A DNA stretch of 63,632 bases, filler included, from Octopus bimaculoides (GCF_001194135.2; 5 parts of 5 records of this genome joined end to end with filler, not necessarily neighbours in it); one strand, 5' to 3'; positions 11,259 through 24,251 are shown, numbered from the whole stretch's first letter. Notes: generated from the sequence alone by a model not told the origin. Numbers and translations are program-made.

Positions 11259-13438
11259 ATCACAGAGCTCGACATTATGAGCAAGCCTCCTCCCTTAAAA
11301 TTACTGGCCTGCTATCAAAATTTGCAACCATTTTTGTCGTCTTAATTAAACGGAAACTGGTGATAAAAGAGGCTGGTGGAAGAGTCAGAGAATTTATTAT
11401 CAACATCAGAAAACGTTTGCAAAAGAGTGAGAGGTCATATTTTATAGAAACATGGAGCAGTATGATAAATGTTTGTGTTGTGAAAAGGATTAACTATTCA
11501 GTTTGTCATGTAGATTAGAGTCAAAAACAGGAAATAAATCTGGATCTGAGGTTAAATTCTGGCTTGGTCTGTCCCCTCTGCGTTGCTGTCAAGTTCAGGG
11601 CAAAAACTCGAAAATAATGTTTGTAGTTTATATTTTAAAGCTAAGCCAGCATAGGATGGTTTGTGTCATAACGGTTTGCTGGAGTCTGAGAAACGGAAGA
11701 AATAAAACCATAAAGCACAGCTTGTTTCAGAGTGAAACAAGGCGGGAATAAACGTAGAAAGTAATTATTTTAAACCAAAGACCGGTTTGAACAGGTTGAA
11801 AATGTTCTATGTGTATTTTATTGAATATAAGTTTTATCTAACACACACACACAAACGCACCCCACCCACCCCGCACATACATACACACACAAACGTACAC
11901 ACAAACAGACACAAATGTGCATTCTTTTGTTTGGTTGAGCTTTCACAGCCATGCTGGAGCATCACTTTGTATGTAAGCGGATATCTTTCACTTATAAACA
12001 TGTGTGAGAAATCCGAAAAGCGAATGATATTCGAACTGAACCCCTTGTGATATTTATTCTGTACCGAGTTACATTCACTCCTTTGTCACTGAAGTCTTCA
12101 GAAATGCGGTAAACAACTGATTGGCCCATTGTAATCCTGCAACTAACGGTGCCATTGTTCGTCCGATGGAAATATAAAACGTTAAGTAAATAAATAAAAT
12201 ATGTCTATATAGGACTTCTGTTAAGTAAAGTGTGCTTATTCTCATTTGTGTTTGTTCAGAGATGCACGATTTCAGAAACGTTTGATTTTTCAGTTGCTTT
12301 CCTGGCAAATAAAGCAATCTTTTATATTGTTATTATTGTTATTCTTATTGTGATTATGTTGAAAACCATTATCATTATTAATCTTATTGAGTTTGTTGGT
12401 GGGGGTAAGCAACGACAGCTCACTGATATTGTGTGAGCTGTTGTCGTTTGTATTGCGAGCTATTGATTTTTTTGGGGCACATGTATGAATTGATGTATGT
12501 ATGTGTGTTTGTATGCATCTATGTATGTGTGTATGCATTGATGTATGTATATATTGTGTATGTTTGTGGGCTTATAAGTGTGCATGTATGCATATATGCA
12601 TGAATGTGTGTATGTGTGTACGTATATATATACGTACACACATACGTATATATATACGTACACACATATGTACGTATGTATATATGTAAGTACATATGCA
12701 TGCGTGAATATACGTATGTATGTATGTATGTATAGATGTATATATGCATGTATGTATATGTATGTGTTGTCTGTGATAGTAATGGTGACGGTATTTACTA
12801 GTAGAGAAGTGGATAATGGTGGAGGTGTTCTTTTTGCATGCGCTGTGTGTGTGTGTGTGTGTGTGAGTGCGTAGATATGTGTGTGTATGTGTGTGCGTGT
12901 GCGTGCATGGATGCGTGTGCATACGTATGTGTGTGTGCGTGTGCGTGCATGGATGTGTGTGTATGCGTGTGTGTTTACTTCGTAGCCCTAATGAACTTCT
13001 GCTATCATGTGTAAGACGATCTAATTTTACCGGACTCGATACAGAAGATCGCTTCTCTGCCTTCCTTTGGCCGGGAAAGGCAGGCAGTCAACCTGCTTAG
13101 TGGCGATCAGTACCTCCTAGTGGGGGTCCAGTTAGAATCTTCTCCATATCGAGTAGCTTATTCCGTTCAAAGAGTTCCTTTATATGGATTGTTTCCGGAT
13201 GATGAACAAAACACCGATGTTTCCAGATGTGAATTATACAAACATCACAAGATTCCGCTCAGCCACTAAGGGACTTGGTCAGCTGATTAAGGTCAAACAA
13301 TTGACAAGCAAATCTGTGATATCCAGCAAAATATTTGATGTACTTTTTTAAAACTAAGGCAAAAAATGTGCTTGATAACAATTCCAATTAGTCAAGATGC
13401 GAGGTCACGAGAGCCACTACCTTGTACTGATTCAGTGG

Positions 13439-13486
<48 letters not shown>

Positions 13487-13488
13487 GC

Positions 13489-13530
<42 letters not shown>
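13439..13530. repeat. (ATT)n-(GTT)n compound microsatellite at the 3' end of the second R4-like copy
   Basis: Direct reading. Confidence 0.95.
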
Positions 13531-14990
13531 ATGCTTGAATTTTGCTTTGTATTTGTAGAAGCTGGTTGCAACTCTCACCCAGAGACCTCAAGAGACAAGT
13601 TAGAAGTTCATGTTGGTGTTATGCCCAGGGTGCCATATATTTGGTTTTGCACGTAGTATTGTTTTAGATAATGTTTAAGAAGATTATCAGTTTGGTTAAA
13701 CATTTGAGATTACATAGACAGTATTTTAAGTAGGATATGAGAAGTTCCCATGAGCACTATCTTTTGAATTTCTGCCAGTTTGGGCTTTCCTGGTGTCTCA
13801 GCTAGGTAACAATCAGCCCATTTTGCCATCATTCCTAGGGCACCTATGACAACAGGTATTGTTTTAGTCTTCAGGTTCCACATTTTGCCAATTTCAAGAT
13901 CTTTATACTTGCTCAGTTTTTGGTAGGTCNNNNNNNNNNTTTCAAGATCTTTATACTTGCTCAGTTTTTGGTAGGTCTTGACAGATACGTTTATATCGAT
14001 TGGGACAGTCATATCAATGAGGAGGCATGATTTTTGTCTGACGTTTTTCAAGATAATGACTGGCCTATTTGCATCTATCTTTCTGTCAGTTGGATTGGTG
14101 AAGTTCCAGAGGAGTGAGATGTGGTCATTCCCTGCCTCTTTTGTTACTGAGTATGATGCTTTCTTGTTTTTATGATTGGAGACAAGTTTTAATATCCAGT
14201 AATCAGAGTTTTTCAGGTAGGTGTCTAGGCCAATTGTGGTAATGTTCATTGTGAAAGCCAGTTGTAAACGTTCACATCCAACCTCTTTTCTTGGCAATAA
14301 ATTCATTCTATATCTGCCTTAGGGTGGTGCATTCTATCCATTGTCAACAATTTTCGTATTTTTCTGTCAAGATTACATTTTTCAGTAATTGACCAGTTTC
14401 CAGTGAGTGATATTCATTGCTATTCTAGACACAAAGCCCGAAATTTTGGGGGAGCCAGCGAGTCAGTTAGATCAACCCCAGTACGCAACTGGTGCTTAAA
14501 TTATTGACTCCGAAAGGATGAAAGGCAAAGTCGACCTCGTCGGAATTTGAACTCAGAACGTAGAGACAGACGAAATACTGCTAAGCATTTCGCCCGGCGC
14601 GCTAACGTTTCTGCCAGCTCGCTGCCTTCTCCAGTGAGTAATATTAAAATTGTTCTGAGCTACTGGAAGTGCCAGGGTGTTTATGGTTTCGATGTAATTT
14701 TTGGAGTGGAGTTCAGTCTTCAGTAAAAGTCTTAATCTACTATAGTATTCCTTTCTTCTTTTCTCATTCATTGTGGCATGATTTATACTATCTTCTTCGC
14801 TTATTCTCAGCTTTCATAAATTTCTTGTGAGTCATGCTCCTTGACGGCAGAGTCGATATCTAATTTGATGGGAGTTGCTTGCCTGAGCTTGCTTTGTACA
14901 AAAATTGCCTTAGTACATTTATCGATGGCAAAAATCCATCCCGTTGTCATTCCTAAACATTGCCTAAACTAAATTGAGGGAACCTGATAA
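13531..14990 (-). mobile_element. R4/Dong-like retrotransposon, same family as 7070-8257, with an internal deletion and a SINE insertion
   Basis: ORF 13710-14306 is highly similar to copy 1; upstream thumb-region frame KEYYSRLRLLLKTELHSKNYIETINTLALPV; shared 3' UTR (GAGACAA..TAGAAGTTCATGTTGGTGTTATGCC). Confidence 0.9.
14415..14629 (-). mobile_element. SINE family B inserted in the R4-like element with a ~16-bp TSD
   Basis: TCCAGTGAGTGATATT at 14399-14414 and TCCAGTGAGTAATATT at 14630-14645. Confidence 0.9.
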
Positions 14991-15249
14991 GAGGCATCAA
15001 TGCGTAGGCTGTATGTGTGATACGTTACTACGCACGAGTTGTGGAGTGGACTAAGAAAAACCTTGTTAACTTGGATAGAATGTTTTCCTGCAGTTTATAA
15101 CCAGCTCCCATTTTTTCTCAGAACCATGGAGAGTGGTAACCTGCAGACAATAAACAGTAAGGATGACACCGAGCCTTCTTAAAAGAGAGACCGCTTGATG
15201 TCGAATTGTCCAGTTTCTCTTCCAATTGCAGTCAAAACTGTTTTCCTGT

Positions 15250-16101
15250 TTCTCATACTATTTTTGGACAAATAGATCAAGGAATAATAATGATAGAATG
15301 TTGCACGCTTTATTAAGCGAGGAATTGATCAGTGACAATGGTGAGACCCTACAGGAGTACAATATGAAGACTAATAGAGAAAAAAATGAGCAACTGGAAA
15401 AAGAGAGTTTTATACGAAGAGTTGTTTTTCCAACAGACAGCAGGGAAACTGATGAAGAGTCCTGGAGTTGGTTAAGACATGTTTTTTTAAAGGGGACGTA
15501 AGGAATGATTCTTGCTGCTCATGAACAGGTTTTACGAGCCAATTCAATTAAGTGTAGTATTGATAAGACAATAGTATCACCTCTGTGATGACTATGTGGA
15601 AAAGCATCTGAGATGTTTAGACTTATAATTAGTGGAGGCTCAAAACTGACCCAAAAGGAGTACAAAAACGCCATGAAAAGTAGCATCGCAAATACACTGG
15701 GGATTGTGCAAGAGGTATGGGTCAGAATGTTCCAACAAGTTGTACGAGCACTAACTTGGTCAGTAGCAGAAAATATGCTCATATCGGATGCTCATATGAG
15801 ATATGCCAATATAAACAGACAAAAGGCTGCAATATAACAGATCAGATATCTCTCTCATGCTGAAGAAGTTCAAAGAATGGACTTGTATCGACATAGCTAT
15901 TCCTGCAGACCAGAATATTGTTAAGGCAGAAGATGAGGAAGAAAAGAAGTACCAGCACTTACGATTGGAAGTGAAAATAATGCACAGAGCCTCAAAAGTC
16001 AGTGTGGAACCTATTGTGATTGGTGCAGTTGGGACCATCAAAGCTTGGCTTGGATAGATTATCGAAAGGCTTTTGACAGTATTTGACAGCATACATGGAT
16101 T
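15250..16101 (+). mobile_element. Older R4/Dong-like RLE remnant (different subfamily)
   Basis: SWSWLRHVFLKGT*GMILAAHEQVLRANSIKCSIDKT; CIDIAIPADQNIVKAEDEEEKKYQHLRLEVKIMHRASKVSVEPIVIGAVG; followed by (TAA)n. Confidence 0.8.
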
Positions 16102-16229
16102 AATAATAATAATAATAATAATAATAATGGTTGCAGTAACAACAACAACAACACTAGCAGCACCATCAACACATTGTCGGAACAACAGCGACAACAATAA
16201 TTGCAACAGCATCCCTGATAATATCAGCA

Positions 16230-16844
16230 AATGAATGTATACATATCCTCCTTCTACTCCTCTTCCTCCTCCACATCATCATCATCATCATCAATAGCAT
16301 TGTTGTCGTCGTCATGGTGGTAATCACTGTGTGTTGTCAACAAGATCGCCATTTTTACTAATATCCTCTCTCCAATTGCATGCACTAATATGATATTCCT
16401 CTGCCATGAATCTTCCTCCTCCACCTCCTCCTCCACCTCCTCCTCCATTCTCCTCCTCATTATCATCATCACCATCATCATTATCATCATCATCATCATT
16501 ATCATCGTTATCCCCCTGGAAGAAAACAAGACTCGTTGCTACATCAATTTCCACAAAATTGAAAGAAATGATGTTATATCACTGACATTAAAATGAAACC
16601 GAACTCCGCTCCTGTTCTATCACCATTACTCGTCCCCTTTATCACGAACACAACTACAATCTCTCTTAAGAAGATCGCCTTATCGCCTGCACCACCTCAC
16701 CCCCATTGTATCACTGGTACAACTAGCATCAACATAATATTACTACCATCGCTGTCATCACTACTATTACTACCACTACTACTACTGCTACCACTACTAC
16801 TACTACCACTACTACTACTATTACTACAACTGCTGCTGCTGCTG

Positions 16845-16897
<53 letters not shown>

Positions 16898-17780
16898 TCT
16901 TGTATTACTACTACTACTACCAAGAGGAAAATCATTACCATAATCACTACTGCCAAGAAAATACTACCACCACTACCACAACTACTACCACAACTACCAC
17001 AACTACTACCATCAACAACAACAAAAACAACACCACGTTTGCTAATATCATCAACAATATCACCAACCTCCACCACTACCACCACCACCACCAACACCGA
17101 TGTTACTGCTACTGTCCCCGTATTTAAGACCACCACCGAGATGCCAACAGGCACCACAGGAATCCCCACCACCAGCACCACCATTACCGTCGTCCCTGTC
17201 GCCACCGTCATCACCACTATCACCCCAAAACACATTACCACTATTATCATTAGCACAACTACCACCACCACCACCACCACCAGCACAACAACAACAATCA
17301 CTATTATCACCGCCACTCTCCCCATCCCCACCATTACCATCACCGTCACCTTAACAACAACAGCAACAACAATCGCATGACCAACATCAGAAGATTGAGA
17401 ATTCTTTGGGGAGTCCAAAATTATGCAACAAGACTTTGAGTCTTTCAACATCAAATATTGACCCCTCCCCCTTCTCAACAATACCACCGAACCCCAGCAA
17501 ATAACAATCATGAAAAATACAATAAAAATACATATACAACAAAAAATAACAACGAAAAACAAAAATATTGATAAGAATTTGGGGAAAAAAAAGCCAAAAA
17601 TGTGGAAAGAGAAACGAGAATTGAAACAACAGTTGCAGCAGCAGCACTACCACCGCCACCATCAACACCAGCGCCACCACCATCACCACCACCACCAACA
17701 ACAACAACAACGATAAGGACAGTAGTGGAAATAAACAAAATAAAAATAATAATATTAGCAACAGCAACAGAAAATGCAAG
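16230..17780. repeat. Long degenerate triplet-repeat tract (CAT/CTC/ACT/CAC/CAA)
   Basis: Shifting trinucleotide arrays giving low-complexity ORFs in several frames on both strands. Confidence 0.85.
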
Positions 17781-18439
17781 AGCTTAACAATTGCAACAAT
17801 TGCAACAATGATATTTCAAATCAAGAAAATAACGAACAATAAAACGAACAAGAACAGCAACCATGCACGCTCGTACACAGAACTACACATGCCATCAATT
17901 CACGCACATACATAATTCAATATATATGCATATACACTCTTGAACACAGATATACAAACATTGATAGAAATTATGGTGAGCAGAAGTGAGACGGAAACTA
18001 ACGTCGAGATATCAAAAGTTGGAGCGTGACATACATGTGAGTGTATATATGTGTGTGCATGTGTCTAAGTTGATATGTATATGTGAGGGTGTTTGTGGTT
18101 GTTGATGCTGATGCGACTGTAGCATTGGAGGGTGGCTAAGGAATCTTCGCCATTCCAGGTTCGGTCCGACAACGAGGAATTGTAAGGCACCGGTTGCCTC
18201 ATCCATTGTCAGTGAAACCGGGTGGACGAGAACTAAGTGGGGGACGATCGAATGTGGTCTTACCCGAAAGGGGCTGCCTTGAAAGCCCCACGTGATGTCC
18301 TGATGATTAGGTTAAAAGAGCTACATGCATACATACATACGCACGTACGTACAATATTGTTTCGGTCCTTCGCTGAACGGCCATGTGCTGGCTCTCTTTA
18401 GAACGTTACATTTGAACAAACTTAACAACTGAAACACAA

Positions 18440-19065
18440 ACACTGTTACGTAATGAGTAATATTGTAGAATAATGTGATGTTCTATGGTGTAATGTGTAG
18501 TGTTTTAGCGTAGCATGTACTACTACTATAGTATAATGTAAATACATAATATGCTAGAAAGTACTGCAATATGTAATATTGTAGTGAAGGATGTTACAGT
18601 GCAGGGTAGCATGTAATATTGATTCCAAATTGTGGCACAAGACCAGCAATTTCGGGTGTGGGAGAAAGTAGATTACATCGATCCAGTGCTCAGTCAGATA
18701 GTACTTCTTTTATCGACCCCGAAAGGATAAAAGGCAAAGTCGACCTTGGTAGCATTTGAACTCAGAGCGTAAAGACGGACGAAATGCCTGTAAGCATCTT
18801 GTCCGGCGACCTAACGATTCTTCCAGCTCGCCATCATTCATGGGTAATATACAATATTGCAGTCTCAAATGTAACATTGTGGTGTAATGTGTAATTTTAT
18901 CATGCAATGATTAATATTTTCGTGTAATGTAGAACAATAATGTAGAAGGGGATAATATAGCGCAATGCGTAAAACTTTCATGTAACGGGTGATGTTTTAG
19001 TGTAAAGTATAATCGTGTTGTGTAATATCTAGTATTGTAGTGTCATGTGTAATACTGTAGTAAAT
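18440..19065. repeat. Degenerate TGTAA/TGTAG pentamer-like satellite, split by a SINE
   Basis: Recurrent TGTAAT/TGTAGT on both sides of the SINE at 18633-18835. Confidence 0.6.
18633..18835 (-). mobile_element. SINE family B
   Basis: Family body and head CCAGCTCGCC present. Confidence 0.9.
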
Positions 19066-19694
19066 GAATAGCAACGATGTGTCTACATTGAATATATGAA
19101 AGAATCTCTTCGATATCAGACAGATAGTTATTGTTGACTAGGAATGTTAAAGCGTGATTTCTCTCTCTCTCTCTGCCTAGGGTTGGCCTACAGCATGCTC
19201 TACAATGAACATTGAAGTGTGAAAGGATGCTGTTCTCGAGAATATTTCCTCTAACCTCAGTTTTTCTGGCCGACCAATTTCTTCAGACACACGACAATGA
19301 ATTTCAACACCATTGAATTAGCCTCTAGACTCCGAAATATTATTTAGGCATCGAATCGGCTTCTTCAGAACAACCTTGCTATTCCATCTAACCAGGTTGA
19401 CGGAACGATACGTCATCAAGAAAAAGTGTGATTTCTTGTATGCTGAAAACTTTAATTGCGCTGATGGCCTTTAACTATATTTTTAGGGCCTCCTTCGGCC
19501 AGAGATGACCGTGAAAGTATCTTTGCTGTTTCCAGCTCAGCTGGAGAAGCGTCTCCGGTGGCTAAATAGACCTATACGTGAGTGACAGTCTTTAAGTATA
19601 ACGTTAATGGTAAAAGACCAACGAAGCAAGTAACTCCAAGTAATATACCACCAGAGGACCAACATTCCATAAAGATGTGAAGGAGATAAAAATA

Positions 19695-19992
19695 ATCTTT
19701 TCTACTCTAGATACAAGGCCCGAAATGTTTTGGGGGAGGGGGAGGGGCAGTCGATTAGATCGACCCCAGTAAGCAACTGGTACTCAATTTATTGACCCTG
19801 AAAGGCAAAGTCGACCTCTGCAGAATTTGAACCCAGAACGTAAAGTCAGGTGAATTACCGCTGAGCATTTCGCCCGGCGTGCTAACGTTTCTAGTTTCTT
19901 TACGACCCACAAGGGGCTAAACATAGAGGGGACAAACAAGGACAAACAAACTAACAAACGGCGTGCTAACGTTTCTGCCAGCTCGCCGCCTT
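19695..19992 (-). mobile_element. SINE family B with a 66-bp SINE-tail insertion flanked by an 18-bp duplication
   Basis: CGGCGTGCTAACGTTTCT at 19875-19892 and 19959-19976. Confidence 0.9.
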
Positions 19993-20939
19993 AGGAGATA
20001 GAAATAAGCCGATATAGACCTAGAACTTGGGCTTTTATCCACACTGAACTCGATAATAATAACGCAAGGACTTTACGTCACAATATTTCTCACATCCACA
20101 GAAAAGATATTCATTTTTCTTCTTATTATTAGTTACGTGATATATTGCAGAAGTCATTCTATTGCTTTTATGCCACACCACTACGAATCCGTTAGTTAAT
20201 ACTCCTTTTCCTGATTCATTTATTCGTTTCAATAACTTTTAGAGAACAGTTGTTGTGAAGGTGCACAAAAGAATTTTGAAGAAAGCAGTTTTCATATTAT
20301 GGTACATGTGGTTCCTTCATCATACTACTCTTCTTGTGCTTCCTTCCTTTAACCCATCATTTAAACACAACCTCTATATTCAACATGTCGTCTCTTAGGT
20401 TAGGGATTACTTGGATTATGTTAAATTTGAACAAAGTGCTTCTTTTAGTGCTGAAGCAAAATATTTCTCCGCCGTATTTGTTGTTTGTAAACTTGTTCGA
20501 TGTTCTCTCATTGGAAGCAACAACAGAAGTCAATGTTTTGTTGCTTGTCATTGCTGAAACTCTCCCTTGCTAAAATATTTGTTCCGTTTTCCCCGCCACT
20601 GAAATAATTTTTGTCTCCACCACCACCACGATTAAATACATCACCCTGAAACGTTTACAGCAGATATATTTAAAATATCTCTTAAATTTATATCGAAAGG
20701 AAAATTACTGTTCTTAAATATTTTGTTGTTAATGGTGGAAATATCGATACCATTTTTCTAATGCAGAAAATAATTTGCACTAGTCTGAAGGATTTATTTG
20801 GCTACCACTCTCATGGGAACAACTGCAATCGACACCGTAGTCAGGTAGAATTCTATTTTGGTCTTCGTGTCTAAAACAAGTAAAAGAAAAAAAACACGAG
20901 GAAAACAAATTGCTCTTCCTATGGCCGGGCTCAAGTTCA

Positions 20940-21070
20940 TTTACGACAGCGAGTGACCCAGTCGGATGGATCAACGGAGTAGCTTGCTCGTGAAATTAAC
21001 GTGCAAATACCACGCGTACCAGGGAGATTCAGCGTGACACAGATGATGATAAGGTTGGCCATTCGAAACT
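20940..21070 (-). mobile_element. 3' fragment of the SINE family seen at 50811
   Basis: Reverse complement contains GCACGTTAATTTCACGAGCA.GCT..TCCGTTGATC. Confidence 0.7.
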
Positions 21071-22234
21071 CAAACACTACTCATTTTTGCTAGGACAAAA
21101 CTCGCCGCCGAGAATCGAACTCACGAACTCATCTAGATGTAACAAACCCGACAAGATACAAACCTACAATGCAATGCTAACAGAAAAATTACTGTTAGAG
21201 AAATAAGCGAAATTAGTCAACAATTCCGTTTATTTCTTCAGGGCTGATTCTACCGAATCTAACAATTTCTGACATTGGTAAACGCCTGAGAATTTTAAAG
21301 GAAGTGTTGAGTTGAATTGATTCCCGTTATTCGAATGGCTATTATCATATCACCACTTGGATTGCCAAATCTGGGTTAATGTTTGGTATCGAATCCGATT
21401 TCAACCGCTTCAGACCCCGGCTCCCTTTGTCCAAATAGTTTTCAAAGTATTGCTTGACCTGCTGAAGATCTCTTTTATCACATTCTTAAAGTAAGGAAAC
21501 ATATGAATCCGTCGTAATGTTGTCTCGGAAACATAATATCTTTTACAAAGACAGGATGATTACTGTTTAAATGATTTGAATTTTAAAAAATCTGCCGGAT
21601 TAGGTCAACAACGACAAAACTATCTTCTCGTAACAGGAATTCTTTTGATGAGCTGACATAACTATTTTCAAAAATATCTTTTTAAAAGAACGACATTGTA
21701 ACCACAGAAGTTAAAACTAAAATCGTAGGCGGAAAGGATCAGCCCCTTTTCATGAGAAAACTACTACAACATTCTACTGTTTTTATCAAACCTCACGAGA
21801 TATATTATCCACTACGTGGAGTCGTATCATTCTAATTTCAACCTGGTTTATGATGGTGATAGAATCACTTTTCATCATGGAACCCAAATCGCAAATTTCT
21901 TAGATAGTTAAACACGTGACGAATATACTCAGCATCTAGCATTGCTTCCAACTTCGCTGTACGACACTCTGGCCATATCAGCAATGGCAGAAGACGGCTG
22001 AGTACTTTATATAAAATATAATCAACCATCTTGTGTTCTTTGCTTGATATGGTATATTCCGTATTGTTATATTCTTTGACAAAAGGACATTAAACACTGA
22101 ACAGATGTGAAAAAAGAAAGAAAAAAAGAACTAAATCTAGTAAAATAAATTGTTTTCCGAACTCAGATTACCAAAAAATCAGGAAATATTTATACTTATA
22201 GCATCTACACGTAAAGTACAGCTATCTATCTATT

Positions 22235-22356
<122 letters not shown>

Positions 22357-22555
22357 CTACTTCTCATCTCCCTACTTGTCCCTCTCTGCATAGACCTTTG
22401 ACCTATCTATCGATGTAATAGATCACTCATTTTTTCACAGTCTCTACTCTTTCCATAAAAGTGTACAAATGTATGTAGGTTCGTTATATCCATACACACG
22501 CACACGCGCACACATATATATACATACATACATACATATACATATATATATAAAA

Positions 22556-22587
<32 letters not shown>

Positions 22588-22687
22588 NNNNNNNNNNNNN
22601 NNNNNNNNNNNNNNNNNNNNNNNNNNNNNNNTTAATTAATTAANNNNNNNNNNNNNNNNNNNNNNNNNNNNNNNNNNNNNNNNNNNN
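22588..22687. other. Assembly join: 44 N + TTAATTAATTAA + 44 N
   Basis: Identical 100-bp construct at 46051-46150, 53566-53665 and 62305-62404; the 12-mer gives stops in all six frames. Confidence 0.95.
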
Positions 22688-22810
22688 ACACCTACAACCC
22701 CACACAAACACGAACACACACACACACAAATAACCACCTGTTGACCTTCTACCCACACTGTCTATAGCGTCCACTAACCAGTCCTGCTACTAATTTCTTC
22801 CCTACGTCAT

Positions 22811-22841
<31 letters not shown>

Positions 22842-23944
22842 AACAGATAAACCACCAACCCATGCACACACACGCACATACATACGCACACACACGTACT
22901 GTTATCACACACACACTCGCAGACCATCGCACACGCACATATATTCATCTCCCTTTTTCACTCTCCTGTCTTAGAAAGAACTTTTCCCCCACCACCTCCT
23001 CTTCCGGTCTTTTCATAATGTAACCTCGTGGGCATCGGTACCATTTTCCTCTTTCTCCGTTCTNNNNNNNNNNNNNNNNNNNNNNNNNNNNNNNNNNNNN
23101 NNNNNNNNNNNNNNNNNNNNNNNNNNNNNNNNNNNNNNNNNNNNNNNNNNNNNNNNNNNNNNNNNNNNNNNNNNNNNNNNNNNNNNNNNNNNNNNNNNNN
23201 NNNNNNNNNNNNNNNNNNNNNNNNNNNNNNNNNNNNNNNNNNNNNNNNNNNNNNNNNNNNNNNNNNNNNNNNNNNNNNNNNNNNNNNNNNNNNNNNNNNN
23301 NNNNNNNNNNNNNNNNNNNNNNNNNNNNNNNNNNNNNNNNNNNNNNNNNNNNNNNNNNNNNNNNNNNNNNNNNNNNNNNNNNNNNNNNNNNNNNNNNNNN
23401 NNNNNNNNNNNNNNNNNNNNNNNNNNNNNNNNNNNNNNNNNNNNNNNNNNNNNNNNNNNNNNNNNNNNNNNNNNNNNNNNNNNNNNNNNNNNNNNNNNNN
23501 NNNNNNNNNNNNNNNNNNNNNNNNNNNNNNNNNNNNNNNNNNNNNNNNNNNNNNNNNNNNNNNNNNNNNNNNNNNNNNNNNNNNNNNNNNNNNNNNNNNN
23601 NNNNNNNNNNNNNNNNNNNNNNNNNNNNNNNNNNNNNNNNNNNNNNNNNNNNNNNNNNNNNNNNNNNNNNNNNNNNNNNNNNNNNNNNNNNNNNNNNNNN
23701 NNNNNNNNNNNNNNNNNNNNNNNNNNNNNNNNNNNNNNNNNNNNNNNNNNNNNNNNNNNNNNNNNNNNNNNNNNNNNNNNNNNNNNNNNNNNNNNNNNNN
23801 NNNNNNNNNNNNNNNNNNNNNNNNNNNNNNNNNNNNNNNNNNNNNNNNNNNNNNNNNNNNNNNNNNNNNNNNNNNNNNNNNNNNNNNNNNNNNNNNNNNN
23901 NNNNNNNNNNNNNNNNNNNNNNNNNNNNNNNNNNNNNNNNNNNN

Positions 23945-24251
23945 CAGGACTTATCCTTTGGAATCCTAGTACTTATTCTATCGGTTTCTTTTGCCGAACC
24001 GCTAAGTTATGGGGACGTAAACACACCAGCATCGGTTGTCAAGCGATGTTGGGGGACAAACACAGACACATACATATACATATATATACGACGGGCTTCT
24101 TTCAGTTTCCGTCTGCCAAATCCACCCACAAGGCTTTGGTCGGCCGGAGGCTATAGTAGAAGACACTTGCCCAAGGTGCCACGCACTGGGACTGAATCCG
24201 GAACCATGTGGTTGGTAAGCAAGCTACTTACCACACAGCCACTCCTGCGCC
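23945..24251 (-). mobile_element. tRNA-derived SINE family A (head GGCGCAGGAGTGGCTGTGTGGTAAG)
   Basis: Head with B-box-like GGTTCCGGATTCAGTCCC; body CCTTGGGCAAGTGTCTTCTACTATAGCC; internal (TA)n. Confidence 0.92.

Noticed and set aside
12630-12975. 22-bp and ~42-bp short tandem repeats (CRISPR-like spacing considered)
   Set aside because: Derived from TA/TG microsatellite slippage; no spacers; eukaryotic context
13890-13975. 38-bp tandem duplication in the R4 copy (TYQKLSKYKDLE twice)
   Set aside because: Straddles a 10-N gap; overlapping contig ends
16729-17562. Long Thr-rich / Val-rich ORFs resembling mucin or a membrane protein
   Set aside because: Degenerate triplet repeats open in several frames on both strands; no splice or domain evidence
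19312-19372. CTGAAGA AGCC...GGCT on the minus strand, HHR-like
   Set aside because: GAAAC box replaced by AATTC, no stem I; probably chance within a coding relic
21095-21135. tRNA-like B-box (TCGTGAGTTCGATTCTCGGC on the minus strand)
   Set aside because: No cloverleaf; a SINE head fragment, as are the other tRNA-like boxes in the window
22588-22687. TTAATTAATTAA island recurring four times inside N runs
   Set aside because: Exactly 44N+12+44N each time: a synthetic scaffolding linker, not biological
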